This document shows, piece by piece, positions 33,628 through 44,000 of a DNA stretch of 64,000 bases (the first letter of the stretch is position 1; every line of letters starts with the position of its first letter). The notes under the pieces were generated by a model, which had not been told where the DNA came from, ran no database searches, and saw only the letters and a program-made list of their open reading frames with translations. The DNA comes from a bacterium (lineage in GTDB: Bacteria; Myxococcota_A; Bradymonadia; UBA7976; UBA1532). The stretch lies in contig JAUHXC010000011.1 in the NCBI GenBank assembly GCA_030427205.1, forward strand, positions 44,016-108,015. The letters are read 5' to 3'. Both the position numbers and the translations under genes were made by a program.

Positions 33628-34947
33628 TCAGGCGGGCGCGACCCGCACCGGCACCGGCTCGGCCGGGCGCAGGGTGATCGAGGGCAGCAGGGCGGGTCGG
33701 CCCGGGCGCAGCAGTTCGAAGCGCGCCCGCTGATACAGCGACGCCAGCACCAGCACCGCCTCCATCAGGGCGAAGTGGTTGCCCACGCAGACCCGCGCGC
33801 CGCCGCCGAACGGCAGGTAGTCCCAGCGGCCGGGTCGGCCGTCGAGCCAGCGCTCGGGCCGGAAGGCCTCGGGCGCGGCGAAGCGCACCGGATCGTGATG
33901 CATCGTGATGATCGGCACCATCACCGTCGTGCCCGCCGGCAGCCGGCAACCGCCCACCTCGACGTCGCGGGTCGGCGACCGCCCGATCAGCCACGCCGGC
34001 GGGAAGACGCGCATGGTCTCCTCGACCACCGCGGTCGTCCAGCGCAGCTCGGGGAAGTCCTCGGCGGTCAGCGGCCGGTCTCCATAAGGCGCCAGCTCCG
34101 CCCGCAGCCGCGCCTCGGCGGCGGGGTGGCGGCCCAGCAGATGCATCGCGAAGGTCAGGGCCAGGGCGGTGGTCTCGTGGCCGGCGAGGAAGAGCGTCAC
34201 CGCCTCGTCGCGCAGCCCGGTCGTATCGAGCCCGGTGCCGTCCTCGTCGCGGGCTTCGAGCAGCCGCCACAGCAGGTCGTCCCCCGCCGGTCGGCTGCGG
34301 CGGATCGCGATCAGCCGGTCGACCTCTTCGGTGACCGTGCGCGCCGCGCGGTCGATGCGCCACTTGGCCGAGTAGGGCACGAACTGCGGCACGAAGCGCT
34401 GCACGCTGCGCTCGACCTGGATATGGGCCGCCATCGCCTCTTCGATCACGTGCCCGATGCGATCGACCCCCTGCACCTCGTCGACGGCGAAGAGCGCCTC
34501 GGCGACGATGCCCAGGGTCAGCTCCATCATCTCGTGGTGCAGATCGTACTCGCCGCCCCGGGCGGCGGCCTGCTCAACCCAGCGGCGGGCGTGGGCCACG
34601 AAGATGTCGGCGTAGTGGCGGATGTGCCCGCGGCGCAGGGTCGGCGCCACCAGCTTGCGCCGCCCGCGCCAGTGGTCGCCTTCGCTGGTCAACAGCCCCT
34701 GCCCCAGCAGGCGCGACAGCTCGGCGGTGAACTCGTCCTTCTGAAAGACCCGCTGCCGGTCGAGCAGCACCTCGGCCACGCCGGCCGCGTCGCGCACCGA
34801 GACCAGCCAGCGGCCGAGCACCTTCAGCGCGAACATGTCGCCGAACTCGGCGTGCCAGCGGGCGAGGCTGCCGATCGGGTCACGGTCGAACGCCATCAGC
34901 CCGCGCAGGCCGCCGCGGGGGCCGGGCAGATCGGCGACCGACGGCAT
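33628..34947 (-). CDS. cytochrome P450
   Basis: Heme-binding loop 'FGGGARVCVGNHFALME'. I-helix 'LFLAGHETTA'. ExxR 'VVEETMRV'. 439 aa. The ATG overlaps the stop of the upstream small membrane protein gene. Confidence 0.9.
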   Translation of the reverse strand: MPSVADLPGPRGGLRGLMAFDRDPIGSLARWHAEFGDMFALKVLGRWLVSVRDAAGVAEVLLDRQRVFQKDEFTAELSRLLGQGLLTSEGDHWRGRRKLVAPTLRRGHIRHYADIFVAHARRWVEQAAARGGEYDLHHEMMELTLGIVAEALFAVDEVQGVDRIGHVIEEAMAAHIQVERSVQRFVPQFVPYSAKWRIDRAARTVTEEVDRLIAIRRSRPAGDDLLWRLLEARDEDGTGLDTTGLRDEAVTLFLAGHETTALALTFAMHLLGRHPAAEARLRAELAPYGDRPLTAEDFPELRWTTAVVEETMRVFPPAWLIGRSPTRDVEVGGCRLPAGTTVMVPIITMHHDPVRFAAPEAFRPERWLDGRPGRWDYLPFGGGARVCVGNHFALMEAVLVLASLYQRARFELLRPGRPALLPSITLRPAEPVPVRVAPA

Positions 34948-35615
34948 CAGATATGGGCCGCGAGGCCGTCGGCGGGGGCGACGAGCAGCGGCACGGCGTG
35001 GTCGACGAGCTTCTCCTGCGGCAGCCGCCGCGGGTCGACCGTCACCCGGGCGATCCAGACGTCGCCGTCGGTCACCGAGGCGGGCAGCTTCACCGGCGGG
35101 CCCTCGTTCTCGAGCCGGTCGACCGCCTCGGCCATGTCGGCCGGCGTCTCGCCCTCGGACGCCGAGCGCACCTTCTTGGCCACGTCGCGCAGATACAGCC
35201 GGTCGAAGCGCTTGTCCTCATCGACGCTGAAGACCACCGTCGCCCACTCCGGCTCGTCGCCCGGCTGATACAGCCGCCCGTGGGCCTTGACCGCGCGCCC
35301 CTCGACCAGGGTCGCCGTCTGCAAGAGCTTCGCGGTGCGCGCCGAGGGCGAGGCCCCGCGGACCATCGCGATGCCGATGCCCATCCAGATCGGCGAGGCC
35401 AGCATCAGCCCCAGCTCGGGGCGCTCTTCGACGGCGATGCACAGCCCGATGGCCGCGCCGAAGACCGCCACCGACATCAAGATCAGCGGGAGGGTGGGAA
35501 ACGGCCGCGCCGGTCCGGATGCCACCCGGGTCAGGGGCAGCAGGCGGGTGTCGATGCGGCGGGGGGTGGAGCCGTACTGCTCACGCAGCTCGTCGAGGGT
35601 CAGCGGGTCGATCAT
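34947..35615 (-). CDS. small membrane protein (222 aa) coupled between the MMPL transporter and P450 genes
   Basis: In frame with the over-long ORF 34947..36254. ATG 35615 overlaps the TGA of the MMPL gene (ATGA). Two TMs: 'LPLILMSVAVFGAAIGLCIAV' and 'LGLMLASPIWMGIGIAMV'. A soluble C-terminal domain follows. Confidence 0.55.
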   Translation of the reverse strand: MIDPLTLDELREQYGSTPRRIDTRLLPLTRVASGPARPFPTLPLILMSVAVFGAAIGLCIAVEERPELGLMLASPIWMGIGIAMVRGASPSARTAKLLQTATLVEGRAVKAHGRLYQPGDEPEWATVVFSVDEDKRFDRLYLRDVAKKVRSASEGETPADMAEAVDRLENEGPPVKLPASVTDGDVWIARVTVDPRRLPQEKLVDHAVPLLVAPADGLAAHI

Positions 35616-37999
35616 CGGGTGGTTTCGCTCTCGGGGTCGGGCGTCCGGCCCGCGTCGCGGCGCAGCAGCAGCGCGGGCAACAGGAACGCGTCGGTGGTCA
35701 GGGCCACGATCAAAATGAAGGCCACCAGCATGCCGAACAGCCGGTTGGGCACGAAGGACGAAAACGCGAAGACGCCGAACGCGATCACCAGGGTCACCGT
35801 GGTGGCCACCAGCGCCGGCATGGTGTGGTCGAAGATGCGGGCCACCGAATCCAGCGGGCTGTGGCCCTGCTTGCGGGACTCGTCGTAGTGCGAGAGGAAG
35901 TGCACCGTATCGTCCACCGCGATGCCCAGACACACGCCGAACGCCACGATGGTGCCGATGTCGAGGTTGTACCCCAGCGCCGCGATGAGCGCCCCGCCGA
36001 ACAGCAGCGGGATCATATTGGGGATCATCGCCATCAGCCCCAGCTTGAGCGAGCGCAGCACGACCATCAGCAGCAGGCTGACGGTGACCATCGCGAGCAG
36101 CACCGAGGTCATGAACGTATCGACCACGTAGGGGTTCATCTGCAGCAGCAGCAGGTTCTTGCCCGTCGAGACCACGTCGAGCCCCAGCCGTTGCCCCTCG
36201 GCTTCGATGCGCTCCAGCTCGGGCAGCACCGACAGCGAGTTGTGCATGCGCCACAGCGACGTCAGCCGGATCGACGACTCGTCGATGCTCACCCGATCGT
36301 TGAGATCCATGCCCTGGGGCAGGTTGAAGGTGTACGTGAGGTAGGTCGCGGCCACCTCCTCGCGGGTATCGGGGATGCGGTACTGCTTGGGATCGTCGGC
36401 GTAGATCGAGCGGTGGGCCGCCTTGATCAGATCAACCACCGAGACCGCGCTCGTGACGTAATCCTGGGTGCGCAGCCAGTCGGCGAAGGTATCGACCCGG
36501 CGCAAGAACTCGGGATCCTTCATCCCGCCCTTCTCGCCGGTCTTGATCACCATCTCCACCGCCAGCCCGCCGCCCACGTCGGTCTCGAGGCGCTGGGTGG
36601 CCACGTTGAGTGGCGCGTCGTCGGCGAAATAGGCGAAGAGGTCGGAGTCGATGCGCAGCTGGGTCGCGATACCGACGGCGCAGACGGTCACCGTCAAGAA
36701 GCCCGCGATGATCCAGCCCTTGCGCCGGGCGATGACCCGGGCCGCGCCGGCGCCCCAGGTCCAGTGGCGGCGGGCGACGCGCCGCGGTTTGAGCGGCAGC
36801 AGCGTCAGCAGGCCGCCGGTGAGCGTATAGGTCAGCGCCCACGAGGCCAGCGTGCCGATGCCCGAGATCACGCCCAGATCGCGCACCGGCACCACCGACG
36901 CGCCCGAGAAGCTGAAGAAGCCGATGGCGGTGGTCACCGCGGTCAGCAGCGTCGGCTGCAGGTTGGCGCGCAGCGAGCGGCGCACCGCGTCGGCCCGCTC
37001 GACGCCCGGCGCGTAGAACTGGTCGAAGCGCTTGAGCACGTGCAGCCCCGTCGCGACGGCGATCGCGATGAGGAACTGCGGGACCGACGCGGTGAGGTTG
37101 TTGATCGGGCGGTCGAGCCAGCCGGCGGCGCCCAGGGTGGCCCCCGCCGTGCCCGCCAGCACCAGCACCGTCATCAACACCCCGCTGACCCGCCGCATGG
37201 CCAGTATCAGGCAGAACAGCACCAGCCCGCCCACGATCGGCAGCAGCGTGCGGGCGTCGCTCTGGGCCGCGGCGCGGAAGCTGTAGGCCACCATCGGCGA
37301 GCCGGTGATGTAGAAGCGGTGGTCGCCGCGCCCGCGGAACTCATCGAGGATCCCGTCGACCCCGTCGATGAGCGCGGTGAAGTCGGCCACCCCGTCCAGC
37401 TTGGGCTGCAGCCGGGCGTAGAGCACCGCCGTCGTCGCCGAGGTGCCCACCAGGTAGCCCGGCACCAGCTCGTGCTCCAGGGCCACCTTCTTGCGGTGGG
37501 CCAGGATCTCCGGGGTCAGCTCGCCCTCGTCGGGGATGAGCGGGTCGACGACGAGCCGTTCGACTTCCTCGTCCTCCTCGTCCTCCTCGTCCTCCTCATC
37601 GTCCTCGTCGTCCTGGACCTTCTCGCTGTGCACCCAGTTGAAGTTGGCCAGGGAGTCGACCCGGATGACGTCCGGCGCGGTCCACATGCGGTCGGTCAGC
37701 TCGCGCAGCAGCGTCGCCGACTCGACGTCGAAGATGCCCGAGGGGCTGTTGACGATCACGATGACCGATTGATCGTTGCCGAAGGTGCGCTCGAAGTCGT
37801 CGAACGCCTGCAGCAGCGGGTCGCCCTCTTCGAACCACACCCGATAGATGAACTCGGCCCGCAGGTGCCCGACCCCCGGACCGAGCGCGGCGACGAGCAG
37901 CAACCCGAACAGGATCGCGATCCACGGCTGGCGGACGATGAACTCGACCCACAGCCGGCCGATCCGGGTGCCGCCTTCGGCCATCTCCACTCCCGTCAC
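35612..37999 (-). CDS. RND-superfamily MMPL-like transporter (12 TM, two periplasmic loops)
   Basis: 795 aa. Two 6-TM bundles, each preceded by a large soluble loop. Typical MMPL/HpnN-like segments: 'GSPMVAYSFRAAAQSD', 'AFGVCLGIAVDDTVHFLSHY'. An acidic insert 'DDEDDEEDEEDEEDEE' is encoded by a (GAGGAGGAC)n repeat. Confidence 0.85.
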   Translation of the reverse strand: MTGVEMAEGGTRIGRLWVEFIVRQPWIAILFGLLLVAALGPGVGHLRAEFIYRVWFEEGDPLLQAFDDFERTFGNDQSVIVIVNSPSGIFDVESATLLRELTDRMWTAPDVIRVDSLANFNWVHSEKVQDDEDDEEDEEDEEDEEVERLVVDPLIPDEGELTPEILAHRKKVALEHELVPGYLVGTSATTAVLYARLQPKLDGVADFTALIDGVDGILDEFRGRGDHRFYITGSPMVAYSFRAAAQSDARTLLPIVGGLVLFCLILAMRRVSGVLMTVLVLAGTAGATLGAAGWLDRPINNLTASVPQFLIAIAVATGLHVLKRFDQFYAPGVERADAVRRSLRANLQPTLLTAVTTAIGFFSFSGASVVPVRDLGVISGIGTLASWALTYTLTGGLLTLLPLKPRRVARRHWTWGAGAARVIARRKGWIIAGFLTVTVCAVGIATQLRIDSDLFAYFADDAPLNVATQRLETDVGGGLAVEMVIKTGEKGGMKDPEFLRRVDTFADWLRTQDYVTSAVSVVDLIKAAHRSIYADDPKQYRIPDTREEVAATYLTYTFNLPQGMDLNDRVSIDESSIRLTSLWRMHNSLSVLPELERIEAEGQRLGLDVVSTGKNLLLLQMNPYVVDTFMTSVLLAMVTVSLLLMVVLRSLKLGLMAMIPNMIPLLFGGALIAALGYNLDIGTIVAFGVCLGIAVDDTVHFLSHYDESRKQGHSPLDSVARIFDHTMPALVATTVTLVIAFGVFAFSSFVPNRLFGMLVAFILIVALTTDAFLLPALLLRRDAGRTPDPESETTR
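37561..37615 (-). repeat. 9-bp tandem repeat (GAGGAGGAC)n encoding a poly-acidic loop in the MMPL transporter
   Basis: The plus strand reads 'ctcgtcctcctcgtcctcctcgtcctcctcatcgtcctcgtcgtcc'. Confidence 0.6.
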
Positions 38000-38087
38000 G
38001 CGTGTGCCGGACCGGTATACCCCGTACCGCCGGGCAAGGAAATACTCGCCGCCCGCGCGCGGCGGAACCGGCCGTCCGGGCGCGGCT

Positions 38088-39407
38088 TCAGAAGAAGCGC
38101 GAGAGCGTCAGGTTGAGCTCGTTGGCGTTGTTCCAGCGCTCGAGGCCCACCGCGATCAGCTCGCCGAGCTCGGGCCCCGCCCCGGCGTCGTCGGGCTCGG
38201 CCATGATCGCCCGCAGGTTGGCCTCCAGCGACCAGACGTCGCCCAGCCGGCGCTCGAAGCGGGCGGCGATCATCCACTCGCTCGGATCTTCGAGGTCGAC
38301 GATGACCCCCGCCTGCAGCCGGGTGCTCGACGTGTCGTTGAAGGCGTGGCGATAGCCCAGCAGCGCGTCGCGCTGATAGGGCCCCAGATCGGGCGTGGCC
38401 AGCTTGGGCTCGTCGTAGGTGATCATCGCCTGACCCTCGAGGATGAGCGTGCCCTCCCCCTGGCCGATGCCCCAGCCGAACTCGAGCCCGGCGGCGATCT
38501 GGGTGTGGTCGAGCATCTCGCGGTGGGTCAGCCGATAGCGCGGGCTGGGGTCGGGATAGCCGAACTCGCGGTGCCCCACCTCGAGCTTGCCCACCACCGG
38601 CCCGAACACCTGCTGCCAGGTGCCGCCGACCTGGGTCACGAAGTGGAACAGCGGCCGGATGTCGCCGGTGAACAGGTCGACCACCTGGGTCGGCTGGCTG
38701 CGGTCGACGTGCTGGAAGACGTGCAGGCTCAGGTCGGCGTCGCCCAGCGTCTGCTCGATGCGCAGCGCCCACTGGTGTTCGAGCCAGTCGTCGCCGATCT
38801 GGCGGTCGCGGCCGCTGAACAGCGGGTCGCCGAGCGGCACGTCGAGCCGCTTGGGGAAGGGTGAGAGCCGCGAGGCGGCCCGGGGCAGGATCGGCGCCCG
38901 GCGCACCGGCATGTAGTACGCCGAGACGTTGCCCTCCCAGAAGCGCACCTGCACCTCGACCATCGGCTCGCCGAGCTTGTCGGGGTTCTCGAGCCGCGAG
39001 TCGTAATTGCGCGCGTTGAGCATGTCGGCGGGGTGGAACGCCTCGGTGGCGCTCCAGTTGAGCAGCTGATAGCCCACCCGCACCCGCACCGGCTTCATCT
39101 TGAAGCCCAGATACAGCTCCTCGATGGCGACCAGGTTGCGGGTATCGTCGAGCGCGTCGACCCGGGAGAACAGCCGCAGCTGCCCGTCGAACGGCTTGTA
39201 GCGAGCGTTGGCCTCGAGCCGGCCGGCAAGCCCCAGGCCGGTATCCTGGGTGCGGTCGATGTCGTCGGGTTGAAAGACCCGCCCTTCGATCGACAGCTGA
39301 CCCTGACTCTTGACCTTGAGCTTCTTGCCCTCGGCGGGCACCGCCAGCAGGCACAGACCCGCCGCAGCCGCCAGCGCCGAACGCCACCCGAGCCACCTGC
39401 CGCTCAT
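38088..39407 (-). CDS. outer-membrane beta-barrel protein (DUF1302-like)
   Basis: Signal peptide 'MSGRWLGWRSALAAAAGLCLLAVPAEG'. Alternating amphipathic beta-strand pattern throughout. C-terminus '...NLTLSRFF' ends in a terminal aromatic residue, as OMPs do. It sits between the LolA-like and MMPL genes on the same strand. Confidence 0.65.
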   Translation of the reverse strand: MSGRWLGWRSALAAAAGLCLLAVPAEGKKLKVKSQGQLSIEGRVFQPDDIDRTQDTGLGLAGRLEANARYKPFDGQLRLFSRVDALDDTRNLVAIEELYLGFKMKPVRVRVGYQLLNWSATEAFHPADMLNARNYDSRLENPDKLGEPMVEVQVRFWEGNVSAYYMPVRRAPILPRAASRLSPFPKRLDVPLGDPLFSGRDRQIGDDWLEHQWALRIEQTLGDADLSLHVFQHVDRSQPTQVVDLFTGDIRPLFHFVTQVGGTWQQVFGPVVGKLEVGHREFGYPDPSPRYRLTHREMLDHTQIAAGLEFGWGIGQGEGTLILEGQAMITYDEPKLATPDLGPYQRDALLGYRHAFNDTSSTRLQAGVIVDLEDPSEWMIAARFERRLGDVWSLEANLRAIMAEPDDAGAGPELGELIAVGLERWNNANELNLTLSRFF

Positions 39408-39459
39408 GCTCCCCCTCGTGTCCGAGTCCCCCCAACCTGCGCGGTCGGGGCCCCGATCG

Positions 39460-40260
39460 TCAATCTTCGAGCGCGTCCTTGTCGAACTCGTCCTCGTCCA
39501 GGTCGGCCTCGAGCTCGCGCTCGGTCCACTCGAGGATCGACTTCTTGTGGGTCTGGTGGTTGACCACCTCGAGGGTCTTGGGGCGCCACCACTTGCCGTG
39601 GCGGGCGAAGCCCTTGGCGGTCAGCGTCTTGAGCAGCGCCTGCTTGCGATCGTAGAAGTCGATGCGCAGCGGCTGCTGATACTCCTTGTCCATCCAGACG
39701 ATCTGCTTGGAGTAGCCCGAGCGGCGGCTGGTCGGCACCCGGGTCAGCTTCCACGCCGCCCGCCCCTCGAGGGTCTCCTCACCGTCGAGGTTCCAGGTGT
39801 ACTTCGACACCTCCTGTCCGCCGAGGTCTTCGAAGGCGAACTCCGAGCCCATGAACGCGCCCGACTGGTTGCGGCTGCTGATGCGCTTCACCCGGCGCAT
39901 GGCCGAGAGGTACAGCCACTGCTTGTCGCTCTTGCCCACCCGCCCGTGGGTGAGCAGCTTGGTGCCCTTGATGTCCGGCGGCCAGAGGAAGGTCAGCATC
40001 GAGCGGTCGCCCTCGTCCTCGACCTCAATGCTCTTCATCGCCAGCTTGCGTTTGACCCGGTCGCCGCTGGCGTTGATCAGCACCATCTCGAGCTCGGCCT
40101 CTTCGCTGCCGAAGCCGCTGTTGGCCGCGTCGCAGCGCTTGGCGATGGCCAGGCCCTCGGCGGCGGAGTCCGCGGCGGCGACGGCGGTGGCGGACAGCAG
40201 GGCGGCGGAGGCGAACAGCAGGATTCGGGGCAGCGACATCATGGACCTCGCGGACGGCAA
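39460..40260 (-). CDS. LolA-like outer-membrane lipoprotein-sorting protein (DUF1329-like)
   Basis: Signal peptide 'MMSLPRILLFASAALLSATAVAAAD'. The body 'LEMVLINASGDRVKRKLAMKSIEV...MLTFLWPPDIKGTKLL...' is characteristic of LolA-fold proteins encoded next to RND/MMPL exporters. Confidence 0.65.
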   Translation of the reverse strand: MPSARSMMSLPRILLFASAALLSATAVAAADSAAEGLAIAKRCDAANSGFGSEEAELEMVLINASGDRVKRKLAMKSIEVEDEGDRSMLTFLWPPDIKGTKLLTHGRVGKSDKQWLYLSAMRRVKRISSRNQSGAFMGSEFAFEDLGGQEVSKYTWNLDGEETLEGRAAWKLTRVPTSRRSGYSKQIVWMDKEYQQPLRIDFYDRKQALLKTLTAKGFARHGKWWRPKTLEVVNHQTHKKSILEWTERELEADLDEDEFDKDALED

Positions 40261-40427
40261 GTGGCGGTATACGCCGAAAGACAGCTTCAGCGTGCTCAGG
40301 GCGGCGATACGCCGTCAAGAGCCGAATGTTCATCACACCGCCGGGCGCTGACACAGTTCGTCACAGGATACCGTCACGGCTGGAAAAGCCCAACCTGATC
40401 GGATTTCCCCGCCTCGGCGGCGGTCGG

Positions 40428-40455
40428 TGTGCCAGATCCTGATCCATCTGGCACA
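40428..40455. promoter_or_regulatory. perfect 10-bp inverted repeat TGTGCCAGAT-N8-ATCTGGCACA in the divergent promoter region between the LolA-like operon and the ACP gene
   Basis: The sequence reads 'tgtgccagatcctgatccatctggcaca'. A third half-site-like copy 'ttggcacaca' lies 12 bp downstream. The surrounding region has lower GC. This is a likely transcription-factor operator. Confidence 0.45.
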
Positions 40456-40637
40456 ACTCGCCCATGTTGGCACACAACGACTCAAACCACCGGCCAGCCT
40501 GCGAAATCGACCCCCGAGTGGGTAGCCAACGATCCCGTGCAGGGGCGGCCCGATCGGCCGGATCGGGCGCCCGTGTCGGGGTTCTGGCACAGGCTTCGCA
40601 TAGCTATCGCAGCGGGAGCAGACTCTGGGGATGACCG

Positions 40638-40913
40638 ATGACCTTCACCGCCGAACGTATCGCCGAGATGCTGGTGACCGAGATCGCCGAGGTCTGCCCG
40701 GAGCTGGGCCGGCCCGACCTCGACGCGTCGATCACCGGTGACCTGGGCCTCGACAGCCTGTGCCTGACCTCGCTCTTCGGCATGGTCAAGACGGAGCTGG
40801 GCCAGGTGGAGCTCTCGGGCTGGTTCATCCGCGCGAGCAATACCGGCACCGATACCATCGGCAGCCTGTCGGCCTACCTCGCCGCTCAGCTCGCGGCCCG
40901 CAAGGCGGCCTGA
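40638..40913 (+). CDS. stand-alone acyl carrier protein (phosphopantetheine attachment site)
   Basis: 91 aa. 'ITGDLGLDSLCLTSLFGMV' contains the DSL phosphopantetheinylation motif of ACP/PCP. GGGGA lies upstream of the ATG. Confidence 0.75.
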   Translation: MTFTAERIAEMLVTEIAEVCPELGRPDLDASITGDLGLDSLCLTSLFGMVKTELGQVELSGWFIRASNTGTDTIGSLSAYLAAQLAARKAA

Positions 40914-41080
40914 GCCCGCCGCGCCGTCCACCCGCGGCCCCTCCGTTCGACCCCCCTTCCAACTTCGTCCGCGCCCGACGACGTCTCGTCGACCAGCGCC
41001 CGCTCGTCGGCGACCCGCACCAAAAATCCTGCAGGCCCCCCGGGTGACCCACTACAGTGCGGTCTCTCGCGGAGGTCGTC

Positions 41081-44000
41081 ATGCCGTCACCCGACCGTCA
41101 TCTCTTGCCCGTGCTGGGGCTGCTGCTGCTCTGCGGCTGTGATCCGGGCGGCGGCGCGTCGCCGGAGACCGACGGCGCCGCGGTCGATCGCGGCGTCGCG
41201 GTGGACGTCGGCGCGGCGGACGCCGGCCCAGCGGACGTCGGCGCAGAGGACATCGGCGCAGAGGACGTCGGCGCAGAGGACGCCGGCACCGAGGACGTGG
41301 GGCCGGAGGACGCTGCGCGCGACATGGCCGGGCCGGACATGACGCCGCTCGACATGGCGCCGCTCGACATGGCGCCGCTCGACATGAGCCCGCCGGACGC
41401 GGCGCCCGCCCCGCGCAGCGCGCCGATCATCTCCGAGTTCATGGCCAGCAACCGCGATACGCTGCTCGACGAGACCGGCGGCAGCCCCGACTGGATCGAG
41501 CTGCACAACCCGGGCAATACGCCCTACGACCTCGACGGCCATCACCTCACCGACGACCTCGACGCGCCCACCCGCTGGCGGTTTCCGGCCGTCGAGCTGC
41601 CGCCGCAGGGTTATCTGATCGTCTTCGCCTCGGGGGACGACCGCCGCGACCCCGACGCCCCGCTGCACACCGACTTCCGCCTGGACGCCGACGGCGAGAC
41701 CGTCGCGCTGACCGGCCCCGCCGGCGATGTGATCCACGCCATCGAGGACTGGCCGGGCCAGGCGACGGGCGTCAGCTATGGCTACCCGATGCGGATCGGC
41801 CGGACGGCGCTGCTCGACACCGGCAGCCCGGCGCGGGCCTGGATCGGGCCCGATCCCGAAGGGGCCGAGCGGCCCGACTTCGACGATGGCGACTGGCTGC
41901 CGGTGACCCAGGGGGCGGGCGTGGTCGCCCGCGGTCCGGGCGAGCCGCGGCCCGCGGGTATCTACGATCTGGGCCCGCAGCTGGGGCTGGCCGACGTCTT
42001 CTGGCTGCGGATTCCGTTCGCGGTGCCCGATGGCGACGACGGCGCCGACCTCGAGCTGGAGCTGACCTACGACGACGGCCTCACCGCGTGGGTCGACGGC
42101 GAGCTGGCCCATCGGGACAACGACGTGCTGGGCGCGACCACCGATCGGCCGGACTCGCGGGCGCTGGGGCGGGTGCGCATCCCGCTGCCCGAGCGGGCGG
42201 CGGGGCCGGGCGCGATCACGCTGCGCGCGGTGGACGCGGCGGCGGCCGACGGGCTGTTCTTCGCCGCGGCCCGGGTGGTGCGGCCGGGCGTCGTCATCGC
42301 CGACGCGGCGCGCCACCTGCCGACGCCGACGCCGGGCGCGCCGAACCTGATCGACGCCCGCGGGCTGGGGCCGATCGTGGTCGACCTCGATCGGCATCAG
42401 CCGCTGCTCGAAGGCCAGCCGCTGCGCATCGGCGCCCGGGTGATCGAGACCGACGCGCCGGTGGCCGCCGTGCGGCTGCATCACCGGGTGATGTTCGGCC
42501 CGGAGCAGACGACCGAGATGCTGCGGGTGGACGACGGGCGCTGGCTGGCCGAGCTGGACACCGCCCGCGTCGCGCCGGGGCAGATGATCCGCTGGCGGGT
42601 CGAGGCGGTCGATCTCGAGGGGCGCACGGCCCGCGAGCCGCCTTTCCTCGATCCGCTCGACAGCGAAGAGTACGTCGGCACGGTGGTGCATCAGCGCATC
42701 GAGACCAACCTGCCGGTCTACCACTGGTTCGTCGAAGATCTGGCGGCGGCGGGCACCGAGGCGGGCACCCGCGGGGTGCTGTGGTACGACGGCGAGCTGT
42801 ACGACAACATCGAGATCGACCTGCACGGGCAGGCGACGACGCGGTTTCCCAAGAAGAGCTACAACTTCGACTTCAATCGCGATCACCGCTTCCGGGTGCG
42901 CGACGACCTCGAGCGGGTCAAGGACTTCGACCTGCTGACCAACTACGCCGACAAGTCGAAGATGCGAAATACCTTGTCGTACGGCATGTTCCGGGACGCG
43001 GGCCACGCGTATCACCTGGTTTTTCCGGTGCGGCTGCACCTCAACGGCGAGTTCTTCGCGGTCTACGAGTTCGTCGAGGATCCCGACGAGCGCTGGCTGC
43101 GGCGCATGGGCTACCCCGAGCCATTGGGCTCGGTCTACAAGTGCTACGATACGCTGGCGAGCGTGAACGGCAGCGAGAAGAAGACCTTCGAGGAGGACGG
43201 CACCGCCGACCTGCAGGCGCTCATCGACGGGCTGGGGCAGCCGGGGGACGCGCGGCGGCGCTTCATCTACGACCACGTCGACCTGGCGGGCATGGCCAAC
43301 TTCGCGGCGATGCTGTTCATCACCTCGGGCCGCGACTGCTGCACCAAGAACTACTACGCCTATCGCGACCACTCGACCGACATGTGGTGGTACCTGCCGT
43401 GGGACATCGACCTGAGCCTGGGGCGCAACTGGACCGGCAGCTACTTCGACGACCGGATGTTCCCCGAGAACCCGCTGTACGAGGGGCAGGAGAACCGGCT
43501 GATCGGGTCGCTCTACGCGCTGCCGGAGTTCCTCGAGATGTACCACCGGCGGGTGCGCACGCTGGCCGACGAGCAGATGCAGAGCAGCGCGACGCCGTAT
43601 GAAGAGCGCTACCTGGAGAACGAGGCCGATCGCTGGCAGGCGATCATCGGCGCCGACGCGGCGCTGGACAACGCGGCGTGGGACACCTGGGGGCAGCCGC
43701 AGACGATGGCCGAGGCGGTCGAGATCATGAAGACCGAGTGGCTGCCCGGCCGGCGGGCCTATATCTACGGGCAGCTCGCGCAGCGGGACGGCGGCGGGCC
43801 GGTGACGACGCTGATCGACGGGGCGACGGGGGCCACCCGCGGGCGCTGGTTCGTGCCGGTGGACGACGGGCTGGGCGAGGCGTGGACCGCGCCGGACTTC
43901 AATGACGGCGGCTGGGACGCGGGGCCCCTGGGCATCGGCTACGAGAACGGCAATGGCTACCAGGCGCTCATCGCCAGCGAGGTGCGGCCGGCGGCGGTGA

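Noticed and set aside
31620-39435. Long ORFs antisense to the MVP, P450, MMPL and OMP genes (31620..33311+, 33775..35268+, 35519..38116+, 37996..39435-)
   Set aside because: Compositionally biased (Arg/Gly/His/Gln-rich) with no motifs. The opposite-strand genes carry P450 heme-loop, MMPL TM architecture and MVP similarity.
40460-40478. Possible sigma-54 promoter (TGGCAC...TTGC) near 'ctGGCACaactcgCCCATG'
   Set aside because: The -12 element TTGC(A/T) is absent at the required 4-5 nt spacing. I interpret the site as part of the palindromic operator instead.
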